Sequence record: PV764938.1
Direction: 5' to 3' (one strand)
DNA: 64,000 nt
Shown here: positions 38,643 to 48,389 of the stretch, in pieces
How the letters are laid out: each line of letters starts with the position of its first letter
Position numbering within the stretch: position 1 is the first letter of the stretch
Position numbers and translations under genes: made by a program
The notes under the pieces: generated by a model
The model's input: only the letters and a program-made list of their open reading frames with translations
What the model was told of the DNA's origin: nothing
Databases searched by the model: none

Positions 38643-39035
38643 ATGGGTACGCACGTTCAAGTCCTAAACATTCTGAAACGTATGCAGGGAGAGAATCAAA
38701 ACCCTCTTTGTCTCGAGTTAGAATTGGACACGAACGAAGTGCTTCTGCGTAAGTATTTCCTAAATTACCGTGGCGGTGACCCTGATAACGCTCGTGGTCT
38801 CAGACTCACCGACACGGGACTTCTTACTATGAGATGCTTTTTCAAGTCCTATGATATCGAGCTTCCAGGCGATTATAAACCACGTAACCGTCACGTGGTT
38901 TACCTGGATCGTCACTGCAAAATGCCGTGGCATTTAAAAGCCAATCACCTTATCCTCTTCGAAGCCGAAATGGCCTTCAAAGCCAAACTCGTTGGAGACC
39001 TTGATCTCCTGGTGTCATCCTTCCAATCAAACTGA
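38643..39035 (+). CDS. Hypothetical protein
   Basis: Coupled ORF; GLRLTDTG, LDRHCKMPW. Confidence 0.65.
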   Translation: MGTHVQVLNILKRMQGENQNPLCLELELDTNEVLLRKYFLNYRGGDPDNARGLRLTDTGLLTMRCFFKSYDIELPGDYKPRNRHVVYLDRHCKMPWHLKANHLILFEAEMAFKAKLVGDLDLLVSSFQSN

Positions 39036-39277
39036 CACTGGCTGCATAAAAATCATATTTTGATACAATTTCCTATTGACTATTCCTAGTGCCTGCAACA
39101 TACATGGTACAGCTTTACGCGGGCACATGGGGTTCGGGAACAGCAAAATGGAAAAAGCAAAAGTTTTTCGACCAAATAGGTTGACACTGTAGGAACTGGT
39201 GCTAATTTCCAAAATACGGTGACGCAAACAAAACAGCGTTACTTAGACGTTAGGCAATCAAAGGAGATGTCATTACA

Positions 39278-40495
39278 ATGACGAAGAAGGGTAATTCCAG
39301 CACTGCAAAGATGGATACGATGAAGCTCAAGCCGAGCGACGCGACCATCGCGATCAAGCACATGATCGAGACCAACATCGAGAACGCAAAGCTCGGCAAG
39401 GATCGTCGTGGCCTGTTCCTCTGGGGTCCTCCGGGCATTGCAAAGTCGTCCATCGTTCGCCAGATCTGCAAGGCGATCAACTTCAAGCTCATCGACGTGC
39501 GTCTCACCCAGATGGAACCGACCGACCTTCGCGGTATTCCGGTTCCGGTCAAGCAGGACGACGGTTCGGTTCTCGTCAACTGGGCAATCCCGGCAATGCT
39601 TCCGCGTCGTGACGCCGGCAAGCGCACCGGTACGATCCTGAAGGACGAAGTCGACCGCATCGACGAAAACGACACGCACTACGACGGCGCGATCATTCTT
39701 CTCGACGAACTTCCGAACGCTGCTCCTTCGGTCCAGGCCGGCTCCTACCAGCTCGTCCTCGACGGCGCCCTCGGCGAATACATTGCTCCGAGCAACGTAA
39801 TCATCATGGCAGCTGGTAACCGCGACACGGACAAGGGCTCGACCTTCAAGATGCCGACGCCGCTTATGAACCGGTTCGTTCACATCGAAGTTGAAGCCAA
39901 CTTCGACGACTGGCAGACCTACGCACTGACGGCGAACTTCAACAAGGACGTCATCGGCTACCTGACGGCATTCAAGCACGAACTCTTCCAGTTCGATCCG
40001 TCCAGCGCATCGCGTGGTTTCCCGACGCCGCGTTCCTGGGAAGCTGTTTCGGACGTTGTCCGTAACGGTAATGCACTCCCGGAAATCGTCAAGACGGCCC
40101 TGATCGGCGGCGCCATCGGCGACGGCATTGCGGTGAAGTTCCTGGCTTACCAGAAGCTTGCATCCCAGCTTCCGAACCCGAGCGACATTCTCGACGGCAA
40201 GGTCACGGACCTCAAGTCCAAGGACATTTCGCTGATGTACGCGCTGACCACGGCAATGTGCTACGAACTGCGCGACCGCGCTGGCGAAGCCCAGGCCGAC
40301 AAGTCCAAGAAGAAGATGTTCGACAACAGCTTCGACAACTTCCTGGGCTTTATGATGACACAGTTCCAGCCGGAAATTGTGATCATGGGCGCCCGTACGG
40401 CACTGTCGGTATTCCGACTGAAGCTCGATCCGACTGCTATGAAGAACTTCGAGCAGTTCGCTGACGAATACCAGGATCTCATCCTCCAAGCCTAA
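39278..40495 (+). CDS. MoxR-like AAA+ ATPase
   Basis: WGPPGIAKS, LLDELPNA, AGNR, PLMNRF; AAGGAG RBS. Confidence 0.85.
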   Translation: MTKKGNSSTAKMDTMKLKPSDATIAIKHMIETNIENAKLGKDRRGLFLWGPPGIAKSSIVRQICKAINFKLIDVRLTQMEPTDLRGIPVPVKQDDGSVLVNWAIPAMLPRRDAGKRTGTILKDEVDRIDENDTHYDGAIILLDELPNAAPSVQAGSYQLVLDGALGEYIAPSNVIIMAAGNRDTDKGSTFKMPTPLMNRFVHIEVEANFDDWQTYALTANFNKDVIGYLTAFKHELFQFDPSSASRGFPTPRSWEAVSDVVRNGNALPEIVKTALIGGAIGDGIAVKFLAYQKLASQLPNPSDILDGKVTDLKSKDISLMYALTTAMCYELRDRAGEAQADKSKKKMFDNSFDNFLGFMMTQFQPEIVIMGARTALSVFRLKLDPTAMKNFEQFADEYQDLILQA

Positions 40496-40513
40496 CGTCG
40501 GCATGAGGTACGG

Positions 40514-40548
40514 ATTGGGCGGCTCGAAAGGGTCGCCCAATTTGTTTG
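40514..40548 (+). terminator. Rho-independent terminator
   Basis: ATTGGGCGGCT-CGAAA-GGGTCGCCCAAT followed by TTGTTT. Confidence 0.6.
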
Positions 40549-40645
40549 AAGCTTGTCCTGGTTGCCTTTTTATTTGACATCGGACAGGTTTCTGTTAAAG
40601 TAGATGCGTTGGCACTGCATTCCAAGTGGTGCAAAAGGAGACGTT

Positions 40646-41914
40646 ATGGTAAGTATCAATGATCCAGTAGTGAAGATGATCACGACCGCGCGTGTTGGTC
40701 TGCTCTTCAACTCGCCGTTTTTCGGCAACCTCGCAACCCGTATGCACCTCATCGACGCCAGCAAGTGGTGCAAGACGGCGGCAACGGACGGCAAAAACTT
40801 CTACTACAATCGCGAGTTCATCAAGTCGCTGACGCCGAACGAGCTGACCTTCCTTCTGGGTCACGAAGTCCTGCACTGCGTCTACGATCACCTCGGCCGC
40901 AAGGGCTCCCGTAATCACAAGCTGTGGAACATGGCGAACGACTACATCGTCAATTACACGCTGGTGAAGGAAAAGCTCGGCGACATGCCCAAGGCTGGCC
41001 TGTACGATGAAAAGTACAACGACAGCATGACGTCGGAAGAGGTCTACCGACTGCTGGAGAAAAACTCCACGCAGATCAAGATGACCCTCGATGAACACCT
41101 CGACCTGGCCGGCGGCAACGGCGACGATGACGACGACAGCAACGGCAACAGCAAGACCGTTACCGTAACTGTTATGGGCGACGAAAACGGCCCGCCGCAG
41201 CTTACGGAAGAGGACAAGCAACAGATCCGCAACGAACTGAAGGCCGCCGTTATTTCGGCTGCACAGGCATCCCCGGCGGGCAAGGTCCCGGCAGGTGTTC
41301 GTCGCATGATCGACGAGTTCACCAGCCCTGTTATGGACTGGCGTGCGCTGCTCGAGGCACACATTCAGTCCTCGATTAAGGATGACTTCACGTTCAACCG
41401 TCCGTCGCGTCGCTCCTGGAACACGGAAGGCGAGACCATCGCAAGCGTGATCATGCCGGGCCAGAACTTCAAGGACACCGTTTCGGTCGCGATCGCCATC
41501 GATACGTCGGGGTCGATGACGGACGAAATGCTGCGCGACTTCCTCTCGGAAGTTAAGGGCATCATGGAAACATTTGACGAGTTCGAGCTGTGGCTGTGGA
41601 CGTTCGACACGCGGGTTTATAACCCCAAGAAGTTCACCCCGCAGAACCTGGACGAACTCTACAACTACGTGCCGCAGGGCGGTGGTGGTACGCTGTTTGA
41701 ATCCTGCTGGGACTTCATGCGCGAACCGATGAGCGTCGATCCGGAAATCGAAGTTGACGAGCTGCTGCCCAACAAGTTCGTTATGTTCACGGACGGCTAT
41801 CCGGGCGGCTCCTGGGGTGAAGAGGAATGGTGCGATACGCTGTTCGTTATTCACGGCAACACCGAGATCGTTGCTCCTTTCGGTCTCACCGCATACTACC
41901 AGAAGATGAGCTAA
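40646..41914 (+). CDS. Metallopeptidase-vWA protein (DUF2201-like), partner of the MoxR ATPase
   Basis: TAATDG, HEVLH zincin motif, MIDAS AIDTSGSM, FTDGY; AAGGAG RBS. Confidence 0.85.
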   Translation: MVSINDPVVKMITTARVGLLFNSPFFGNLATRMHLIDASKWCKTAATDGKNFYYNREFIKSLTPNELTFLLGHEVLHCVYDHLGRKGSRNHKLWNMANDYIVNYTLVKEKLGDMPKAGLYDEKYNDSMTSEEVYRLLEKNSTQIKMTLDEHLDLAGGNGDDDDDSNGNSKTVTVTVMGDENGPPQLTEEDKQQIRNELKAAVISAAQASPAGKVPAGVRRMIDEFTSPVMDWRALLEAHIQSSIKDDFTFNRPSRRSWNTEGETIASVIMPGQNFKDTVSVAIAIDTSGSMTDEMLRDFLSEVKGIMETFDEFELWLWTFDTRVYNPKKFTPQNLDELYNYVPQGGGGTLFESCWDFMREPMSVDPEIEVDELLPNKFVMFTDGYPGGSWGEEEWCDTLFVIHGNTEIVAPFGLTAYYQKMS

Positions 41915-41947
41915 TTGTAACGTCTCCTACACTGTTACAATACTAGG

Positions 41948-41974
41948 GAACCGCCCTCGTTAAGGGGGCGGTTC
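41948..41974. terminator. GC-rich hairpin after the vWA gene
   Basis: GAACCGCCC-TCGTTAAGG-GGGCGGTTC. Confidence 0.5.
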
Positions 41975-41994
41975 TGCTACCACAGAGCACTCAA

Positions 41995-42070
41995 GGAAGC
42001 GCGTGGCTGCCATTTATGCAACGTAGTGCATACTTAGGAGCCGCGTGCGGAAGAGCTTCCACGGGTCCGC
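41995..42070 (+). ncRNA. Candidate structured RNA (nested stems, possible pseudoknot)
   Basis: GGAAGC/GCTTCC, GCGTGGCT/AGCCGCGT, TATGCA/TGCATA; GCGGA (42047) complementary to TCCGC (42066). Confidence 0.3.
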
Positions 42071-42150
42071 TAGAAGCTACATTTTGTTTTAAAATTTATT
42101 GACTCCTGAGCACCTGGTTCCGTAAGCTGGCACAAAGCTTAGAGGACCAA

Positions 42151-42468
42151 ATGCGCAAACCACCCCAAGTAAAATTCACAGGGCTTACCCTATCCCAGAC
42201 CGACCTCAAAGAAGCCAGCAACGCTGGTATCACTGACGTAATCGACAATAACTGGAAGCGGGTGCATTTCACCGTACCCACAGCACGTGATGCAATCCAG
42301 CACGTCTACGATTGGCTCAAGGCCAACTGCAAAGGACAATACTCGGCCTATAAGTTCCACGACTCCGCAAGCTATACCGAATACAAGATGGTGGTACGGT
42401 TCGAGGACAAGAATGATGCTATCATCTTCAAGCTCCAGGACGGCCACAAAGCGTGGGAAAACAAATAA
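42151..42468 (+). CDS. Hypothetical protein (AxxFKL-terminal family)
   Basis: GAGG RBS; FEDKNDAIIFKL. Confidence 0.6.
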   Translation: MRKPPQVKFTGLTLSQTDLKEASNAGITDVIDNNWKRVHFTVPTARDAIQHVYDWLKANCKGQYSAYKFHDSASYTEYKMVVRFEDKNDAIIFKLQDGHKAWENK

Positions 42469-42482
42469 GCGAGTACTGACGC

Positions 42483-42953
42483 ATGATCTCTTACCGCACG
42501 TCCAAGAGCATCTTTGATTGCTATCGCGCACACGAGCTAACCTCGGGCATTGACGTCTATTATCCGGAATTCAACGACTGGTTCTGGAACAAGGTGGTCC
42601 CAAGCACCATCACCGGCGACAGTGAAATCATCCTAGCAGAAGAGCATGATCAGCTCGTTGGTATCGCAATGGTCAAACGCGGCGATGATCCAAAGATCCG
42701 CTGCCTTAGAGTCCGCACCGACTATGCGAATCGTGGCATTGGCATTCATCTGATTGATAAGTCCCTGAGACTGCTCGATCATGATAAGCCGATGGTCACC
42801 GTCCCTGAGGAGAAAATTCACGAACTCTCCCGTATTATGGTGAATCGCTTCGATTTCGACCTACGCCATGTAGACCGTGGCTTGTATAGGCCCGGCAAGC
42901 TTGAATACCAGTTCAACGGCAAAGACGACCAGAGAGTGAAGTCGCCCTACTAA
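42483..42953 (+). CDS. GNAT-family acetyltransferase
   Basis: KIRCLRVRTDYANRGIGIHL acetyl-CoA-binding motif A. Confidence 0.75.
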   Translation: MISYRTSKSIFDCYRAHELTSGIDVYYPEFNDWFWNKVVPSTITGDSEIILAEEHDQLVGIAMVKRGDDPKIRCLRVRTDYANRGIGIHLIDKSLRLLDHDKPMVTVPEEKIHELSRIMVNRFDFDLRHVDRGLYRPGKLEYQFNGKDDQRVKSPY

Positions 42954-43045
42954 CGCCTTGATAAATAGTTGACATTGTAGCGTAATTGCATAATCCTCGC
43001 GGATAGCAAAGGCAATTCGTTCATTCCCTCTTTTGGAGGTCAACT

Positions 43046-43351
43046 ATGGATGCCACAGTCGATTGCGACGGTCCTGCCCTACAAGGGCCAGATGGTTGCA
43101 AATTTAGCATTCTCGTCGATACAGGATCCGAAAATAACTTGCGGATCATATTGTTCGAGAGTTGGCTAACCCTGTGGTGTCAGCGGAATTGCCTAGGTCG
43201 CTGGGAAATTCAACAAAATCCAGATAGAACCAAAGATTACCAACTGGTTCTTAAATTTTCCGATCCGAAAGAAGCAGTACACTTTAGACTCGCTAGCGGA
43301 GCTCTGCACGTTAGGGAGCGGTCGGAAAGCAGTGCATTCATGATTCACTAA
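43046..43351 (+). CDS. Hypothetical protein (AxxFKL-terminal family)
   Basis: GGAGGT RBS; FSDPKEAVHFRL. Confidence 0.6.
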   Translation: MDATVDCDGPALQGPDGCKFSILVDTGSENNLRIILFESWLTLWCQRNCLGRWEIQQNPDRTKDYQLVLKFSDPKEAVHFRLASGALHVRERSESSAFMIH

Positions 43352-43467
43352 AAGGTGCTCTTCTAGGGGCGTAGAAGGGCCGGAGCGGTGTCGCTTTTAT
43401 AGTGACACCGCTTTTCCATGTCTGTTAGATTACCAGAAATAACAACAATAAGTCTGGTAAAACTGAC

Positions 43468-44694
43468 ATGTCTACATTCCCTCTCCTCACCACTGTCGCT
43501 CCTCTTCTGGCTGCTGTGAAGGATATGCCCGAAATCGCTGTCCATCAGGATATCGAGAACGGCTATGGCTTTGTGATGTATCAGGTCGCTTTCGAGGAAA
43601 CCTTCGCGGATCCCGAACTCGCTGATACTCCTGAGGAGAGGGAACGTCGCCTTCTGGTGCGCGAAGCCCGTGGAGTCAAGTATGACTTGGCTACGCTTCG
43701 TGTCGTATCCCGCCCATACCATAAATTCTTCAACATCGGTGAGAAGCCTGAGACTCAGCCACACCTCGTGGATTGGTCTCGTCCTCATGTGATTCTGGAG
43801 AAGCTCGATGGCTCCATGTTGACTCCGCTTTGCACGGTAGATCGCCGTGTGCTTTGGATGACAAAGCGTGGTGTGACTGCGGTAGCTGGCACTGCTCAGC
43901 TATTCCTCAAGGATAATCCGCAGTATGAGAAGTTTTGCTTAGCGATGCACGACGCGGGTTGGACCCCGATTTTCGAATGGTGTACTCGTAAGCAGCGCAT
44001 TATCATCGACTACGGTGTTGATGACCGCATGATCCTCACGGGCATCCGAAACAACATTTCCGGTGAATACACTGGTTATGATGAAATGGTTGCGGTTGCT
44101 CACGATTGGAATCTGGATGTCGTACGGAAGCTTCCGTATACGGTAATGGACGTCAACAAGTTCATCGAGGATGTTCGTGGTCTCGAGGGCGAAGAAGGCT
44201 ACATCGTACGTTTCGACAACGGCGAAATGTATAAGATCAAGGGCGAATGGTACTGCCGTATCCACCGCACCTTCGACAACCTTCGCTTCGAGAAGGACGT
44301 GATTCGTCTAATCCTCTCGGGTGATCTTGACGATGCAAAGCCATTCTTGGTTCCGACGCTGATCAATGCGGTCGATCGTTTCCACAAGGATATGATCGCC
44401 GTGTTCCGCAAGTCGGCTTCCGAGTTGTATTGGTACGTGGTTGCTTCGAAGGATAATCTCAATGGATCCAAGAAGAAGTTTGCTGAACAAACAATTTCTG
44501 GTCCTTGGGAGCCCTACAAGGGTATCGCGTTCCATGCTTGGGATCGTGATATGACTGAAGAGGACATCTATGAGCGTTTGATCTCGGATATGATTTCTGC
44601 TACTGGTAGCCAGGGAACCGTTAACAAGGCGCGTTTCCTCATTGGCGGCCTTGAGTGGAAAGACTATTTGAATGACGACGGAGCAACGGATTAA
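43468..44694 (+). CDS. rnlA: RNA ligase, T4 Rnl1 family
   Basis: REARG, SRPYHKFFN, EKLDGS, FEW, EGYIVRF...YKIKG.WY. Confidence 0.88.
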   Translation: MSTFPLLTTVAPLLAAVKDMPEIAVHQDIENGYGFVMYQVAFEETFADPELADTPEERERRLLVREARGVKYDLATLRVVSRPYHKFFNIGEKPETQPHLVDWSRPHVILEKLDGSMLTPLCTVDRRVLWMTKRGVTAVAGTAQLFLKDNPQYEKFCLAMHDAGWTPIFEWCTRKQRIIIDYGVDDRMILTGIRNNISGEYTGYDEMVAVAHDWNLDVVRKLPYTVMDVNKFIEDVRGLEGEEGYIVRFDNGEMYKIKGEWYCRIHRTFDNLRFEKDVIRLILSGDLDDAKPFLVPTLINAVDRFHKDMIAVFRKSASELYWYVVASKDNLNGSKKKFAEQTISGPWEPYKGIAFHAWDRDMTEEDIYERLISDMISATGSQGTVNKARFLIGGLEWKDYLNDDGATD

Positions 44695-45529
44695 GCCAGC
44701 GATCCTACTGGAAACCCCTGAGGAAAAATCTTCAGAGGTTTTCGTAGCCAGCATCCGTCGGGTTCAAGAAGCTGCTGAACAGCTTGAAGTGCCCGTATTC
44801 TTCTCCAATCGTGATCCCATCGAGCGCGATGTTTGGGTTGATCCCGAACTAAGAGGCCGGCCTGTAATCGCTTACGGGTCGGTCCAATTCATCAGAGACA
44901 TTAAGGATCCAATATTCCCGGGAGCCTATGGCTATGCGGGCACGGATTGGCTCACTATGACCGCGCATGTTCCCAGGAAATGGTTGCTCAATTCGGATTT
45001 CATGATGACCTCATGGGGTGATCTCAAAAGGAATTTCGAATGGTGGAGCGATAAAGTCGACCCGAAAGGACTGTTCGTGCGCCCAAGTAGCGACAAGAAA
45101 GTTTTCGCGGCTCAGGTTATCCCACGAAGCGATTGGCAATTCGAGTTGAATCAGCTTGACGCGCTATCATCGGTTATGCCGGAAACCCTTTGCGTGGTCT
45201 CACCGGTTCATGCGTTTGGCGAGGAATATCGGTTTTGGATCGTTGATCGCAAGGTCGTTGGGTCCTCATATTACCCGACCTATGGTGTCACTTGGACCGA
45301 ACACAAACCCTTCCCTGACCAAAAGCTCCGTGAGTTGGCCGACAAGGTTGCCCAGCTTGAGTGGCAGCCTGATGCCTGCTATACCGTCGACCTAACATGC
45401 GACAGTAATGGAAATCCCAAGATCGTTGAAATGAATTCATTCTGCTGCTCGGGAGTCTACGACAGTGATTTCGTTACCATACTTGAAGCAGTGGTGGATC
45501 AGTCGAGTAGGGACTTTTACCCGGAGTAA
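44672..45529 (+). CDS. ATP-grasp protein (R2K clade / DUF4343-like)
   Basis: FVRPSSDKK.F, EYRFWIVDRKVV, YTVDL, IVEMNSF.CSGVY. Confidence 0.7.
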   Translation: MTTEQRIKPAILLETPEEKSSEVFVASIRRVQEAAEQLEVPVFFSNRDPIERDVWVDPELRGRPVIAYGSVQFIRDIKDPIFPGAYGYAGTDWLTMTAHVPRKWLLNSDFMMTSWGDLKRNFEWWSDKVDPKGLFVRPSSDKKVFAAQVIPRSDWQFELNQLDALSSVMPETLCVVSPVHAFGEEYRFWIVDRKVVGSSYYPTYGVTWTEHKPFPDQKLRELADKVAQLEWQPDACYTVDLTCDSNGNPKIVEMNSFCCSGVYDSDFVTILEAVVDQSSRDFYPE

Positions 45530-45908
45530 AGGTCGCTGGTTCTGGTATCAGGAACGATACAATCATATCAAGACTAGCTCTGGCATCGAAGTAACCTATT
45601 CATTCCACAAGATTGTTTCGGCTCGATGGCTCTTTCAGCTTTACCGGCGCAATGATAAGTGGGATTTCCTCACGCTACCTGATGATACCAAGTTTCTTAT
45701 CGGTCGGAGCGAGAGCAACATCTACAGGCCCGGTTTGGACTTTCTAGAGTATCTTGAGACCATGAAGGGTCCGGCGATCCTTGTGATTTCCACACCGTGG
45801 GAAGGTGACCCACTGTACGAATACTTTATGCAACACGATTGTGACAAGGCGTTCGTTGCTTTCGACAACAAACGTGAGCAAATGTTGTTTAAATTGGCCC
45901 ATACTTAG
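45465..45908 (+). CDS. Hypothetical protein (AxxFKL-terminal family; start uncertain)
   Basis: FDNKREQMLFKL; ends in TAG. Confidence 0.5.
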   Translation: MISLPYLKQWWISRVGTFTRSKGRWFWYQERYNHIKTSSGIEVTYSFHKIVSARWLFQLYRRNDKWDFLTLPDDTKFLIGRSESNIYRPGLDFLEYLETMKGPAILVISTPWEGDPLYEYFMQHDCDKAFVAFDNKREQMLFKLAHT

Positions 45909-45970
45909 GAAAGTCGCGTTTGACAAACTACGGTTCCTAGCGTAGGAAGAGATAACACTAGGAGCCGCAG

Positions 45971-47341
45971 ATGAAACTCTATAACAGCATGAGCAAACAA
46001 CTCGAGAAGTTTGTCCCAGCGGACGAACGTCGGGTGACCATGTATGTTTGCGGCCCCACAGTATACCAGGCCCCACATATCGGCAATCTTCGGCCGGCTG
46101 TGGTCTTCGATACGCTTTATCGATACCTGCGCGACAAATACGGGGCTGACCACGTCGTTTATGCGAGCAATTTCACGGACATCGACGATAAAATCATCAA
46201 AAAGGCCAACGACAATCGGACGTCCATCGACAATATCACGGAAGAAGCCATCGGCCATTACCAGCGTGATCTGCTCAGCCTGAACGTGTTGGGTCCGAGT
46301 GATCGTCCATATGCGACCAAGTATGTGGATGATATGATCCGGATGATCGATCGTCTCCAGGAAAACCATTACGCTTATGAGGTGAATGGGAACGTTTGGT
46401 TCTCCGTCGCCGATAGCAAGCACGTGAGTTTCCAACCGGATCGCGATAACGCAGGACTCGACGAAACATTTACGGCGGACAAAAAGGATCCCAGAGATTT
46501 TGCGCTGTGGAAAGCAGCAAAGCCAGGCGAACCCTTCTGGGAAAGCCCTTGGGGTCCAGGTCGTCCAGGCTGGCACATTGAATGCTCAGCTATGATTCGG
46601 GCAACTCTCGGTGACACCATCGACATTCACGGTGGTGGGTCCGATTTGATGTTCCCACATCATGAGGCCGAAAACGCTCAAAGCTTTGCCGTTACTGGAA
46701 AGCCCTTGGCCAACTATTGGCTTCACAATGGCATGATGAACATTGGGATGGCCAAAATCTCCAAAAGCCTCGGCAATTCCATCTCCATGCACGATCTCAA
46801 TCAGAGATTCCCAGGAGAATCCATTCGGTTGTTCCTGATGATGACACATTATCGGAGCACGATGAATTTTGATCATGGCTTGATCAGTGACGCTCATGCG
46901 CTGATGAATAAGTTGTATCGTGTGCTCTACAAGTACCGGGATGAACTGCTCGACCCCGCCGAAGTCGAACATGATGTGTTTGTGGTGAAGGCGTTCGAGC
47001 AGGACATGAATACTGCGGAAGTCATAACACGGCTTCAGCAGTTGGCCACAAAGGCCCTAAAGGAGTCCCATCCGTCGATTCGCCAGAAGCTGTTGACACA
47101 GTTGATCAAGGGCGGACAACTCCTGGGTGTACTCAACTACACACCAGAGGATTGGTTTCATATTGGTGTTAACCATGTTGAAATTGAGGAGTTGATTTCG
47201 GCACGGAACTTTGCTAGGGCGGCAAAGGATTGGCAACTTGCGGATATCTATCGCAAGTCGCTAAACGACAAAGGTGTCCATCTGGACGATCTCGATGGTG
47301 AGACGTTCTGGCGGACAATCAAAGGCGACGTTAGGCAATAG
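45971..47341 (+). CDS. cysS: Cysteinyl-tRNA synthetase
   Basis: MYVCGPTVY, HIGN, FTDIDDKII, DFALWK, GRPGWHIECSAM, HGGGSDLMFPHHE, KISKSLGN; AGGAG RBS. Confidence 0.95.
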   Translation: MKLYNSMSKQLEKFVPADERRVTMYVCGPTVYQAPHIGNLRPAVVFDTLYRYLRDKYGADHVVYASNFTDIDDKIIKKANDNRTSIDNITEEAIGHYQRDLLSLNVLGPSDRPYATKYVDDMIRMIDRLQENHYAYEVNGNVWFSVADSKHVSFQPDRDNAGLDETFTADKKDPRDFALWKAAKPGEPFWESPWGPGRPGWHIECSAMIRATLGDTIDIHGGGSDLMFPHHEAENAQSFAVTGKPLANYWLHNGMMNIGMAKISKSLGNSISMHDLNQRFPGESIRLFLMMTHYRSTMNFDHGLISDAHALMNKLYRVLYKYRDELLDPAEVEHDVFVVKAFEQDMNTAEVITRLQQLATKALKESHPSIRQKLLTQLIKGGQLLGVLNYTPEDWFHIGVNHVEIEELISARNFARAAKDWQLADIYRKSLNDKGVHLDDLDGETFWRTIKGDVRQ

Positions 47342-47355
47342 GAAGGAAAAACGTT

Positions 47356-47952
47356 ATGGAATTTATCGCAGGCTTGTCCTTTTTCTGGGTAGGCATCGTG
47401 TTCACGATTGCTGCTCTCGCAACTCTCATCTCCATCGGCACCAACAGCTACTGGTGGGCTTTCGGCATCGTCATCGGCACGATCGCATTCTCCCAGGGCA
47501 CCACTGACTACGGCATTCTCGATTTCGTCGCACGGAACTGGTACGGCACGCTGATCAGCACGGCCGTTTACGTTGCACTGGGTCTCGGCTGGGCTACGTT
47601 CGCATGGTTCCTGCACTTGACCAAGATCAAGGCCAAGTACCAAGAAGTACGTGAAAACTTGCTGCCGCAGTTCCTCGCATCCAAGAACGTCCAGGAACTC
47701 ACCGCCGATCTTCACGACGAGTTCCGCAAGTTCATCTACTCGAACGCCGGCACGGTTCTTCCGAAGGAACAGCTCGCAGTCAACAAGAGCGTCATGGTCG
47801 GTCAGGTTATCCTGTGGCCGTTCAAGCTCGGCGCGTTCGTCCTCGGTGACGCACTCAAGTACATCGTCGACGCATTCCTCGGACTGTTCGGCGGCTTCTT
47901 CAAGCGCATCCAGAAGTTCGTATTCCGTAACTTCCCGGAACTGCAGGCTTAA
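47356..47952 (+). CDS. Membrane protein (3-4 TM segments)
   Basis: Long hydrophobic N-terminal segments; ILWPF motif. Confidence 0.7.
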   Translation: MEFIAGLSFFWVGIVFTIAALATLISIGTNSYWWAFGIVIGTIAFSQGTTDYGILDFVARNWYGTLISTAVYVALGLGWATFAWFLHLTKIKAKYQEVRENLLPQFLASKNVQELTADLHDEFRKFIYSNAGTVLPKEQLAVNKSVMVGQVILWPFKLGAFVLGDALKYIVDAFLGLFGGFFKRIQKFVFRNFPELQA

Positions 47953-47982
47953 TCGGTCGGGGGCTTTGGCCCCCACCACTCT

Positions 47983-48058
47983 CGCGGTTTAGCTCAGTTG
48001 GTAGAGCAGCGATCTCTAAAATCGTTTGTCACGGGTTCGAGCCCCGTAACCGCGGCCA
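47983..48058 (+). tRNA. Amber-suppressor tRNA, anticodon CUA (tRNA-Trp-like scaffold)
   Basis: 76-nt cloverleaf: acceptor CGCGGTT/AACCGCG, D arm GCTC/GAGC, anticodon stem GCGAT/ATCGT with loop CT-CTA-AA (CTA at 48016-48018), T arm ACGGG-TTCGAGC-CCCGT, G73, encoded CCA. Confidence 0.93.
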
Positions 48059-48068
48059 AAGGTGAAGC

Positions 48069-48386
48069 ATGATCAGATGGACTGAAATGCCGCCGTTCGT
48101 TGCTGACCAGTTAAATCCACACTTTCGCGTTGGGGTTGAACTGAATGCAAAAGAAGTTATTCGGCGCTGGCCAGCTGATTTTGGTTTTGCAGTTTTTGAC
48201 AACGTCAAAACAAGCAACGACGGTTTCCAAAGCGTTTACACGCTTTCGAAAAATTTAGTTGGGTTCAGTGGGCGATTGGTAATAGCACCAATTGAAACTG
48301 GTGATGGGGCTAGATGCTTTTTGTTTGCCCTTGAAACTGATGAGGGCCGCAAATGGCTCACGATGATGAAATTAACATACGGGTGA
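48069..48386 (+). CDS. Hypothetical protein (distant AxxFKL-terminal family)
   Basis: AAGGTG RBS; KWLTMMKLTYG. Confidence 0.5.
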   Translation: MIRWTEMPPFVADQLNPHFRVGVELNAKEVIRRWPADFGFAVFDNVKTSNDGFQSVYTLSKNLVGFSGRLVIAPIETGDGARCFLFALETDEGRKWLTMMKLTYG

Positions 48387-48389
48387 TCT

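Noticed and set aside
39104-39184. 26-codon ORF MVQLYAGTW... and 18-codon ORF at 37574 (MGVDTITG...)
   Set aside because: No clear RBS or coding evidence; they lie in promoter-rich gaps and are probably incidental.
26346-47341. C-terminal extensions from readthrough of terminal TAGs (26348, 45908, 47341)
   Set aside because: They add only a few residues before the next stop and do not fuse in frame with downstream genes.
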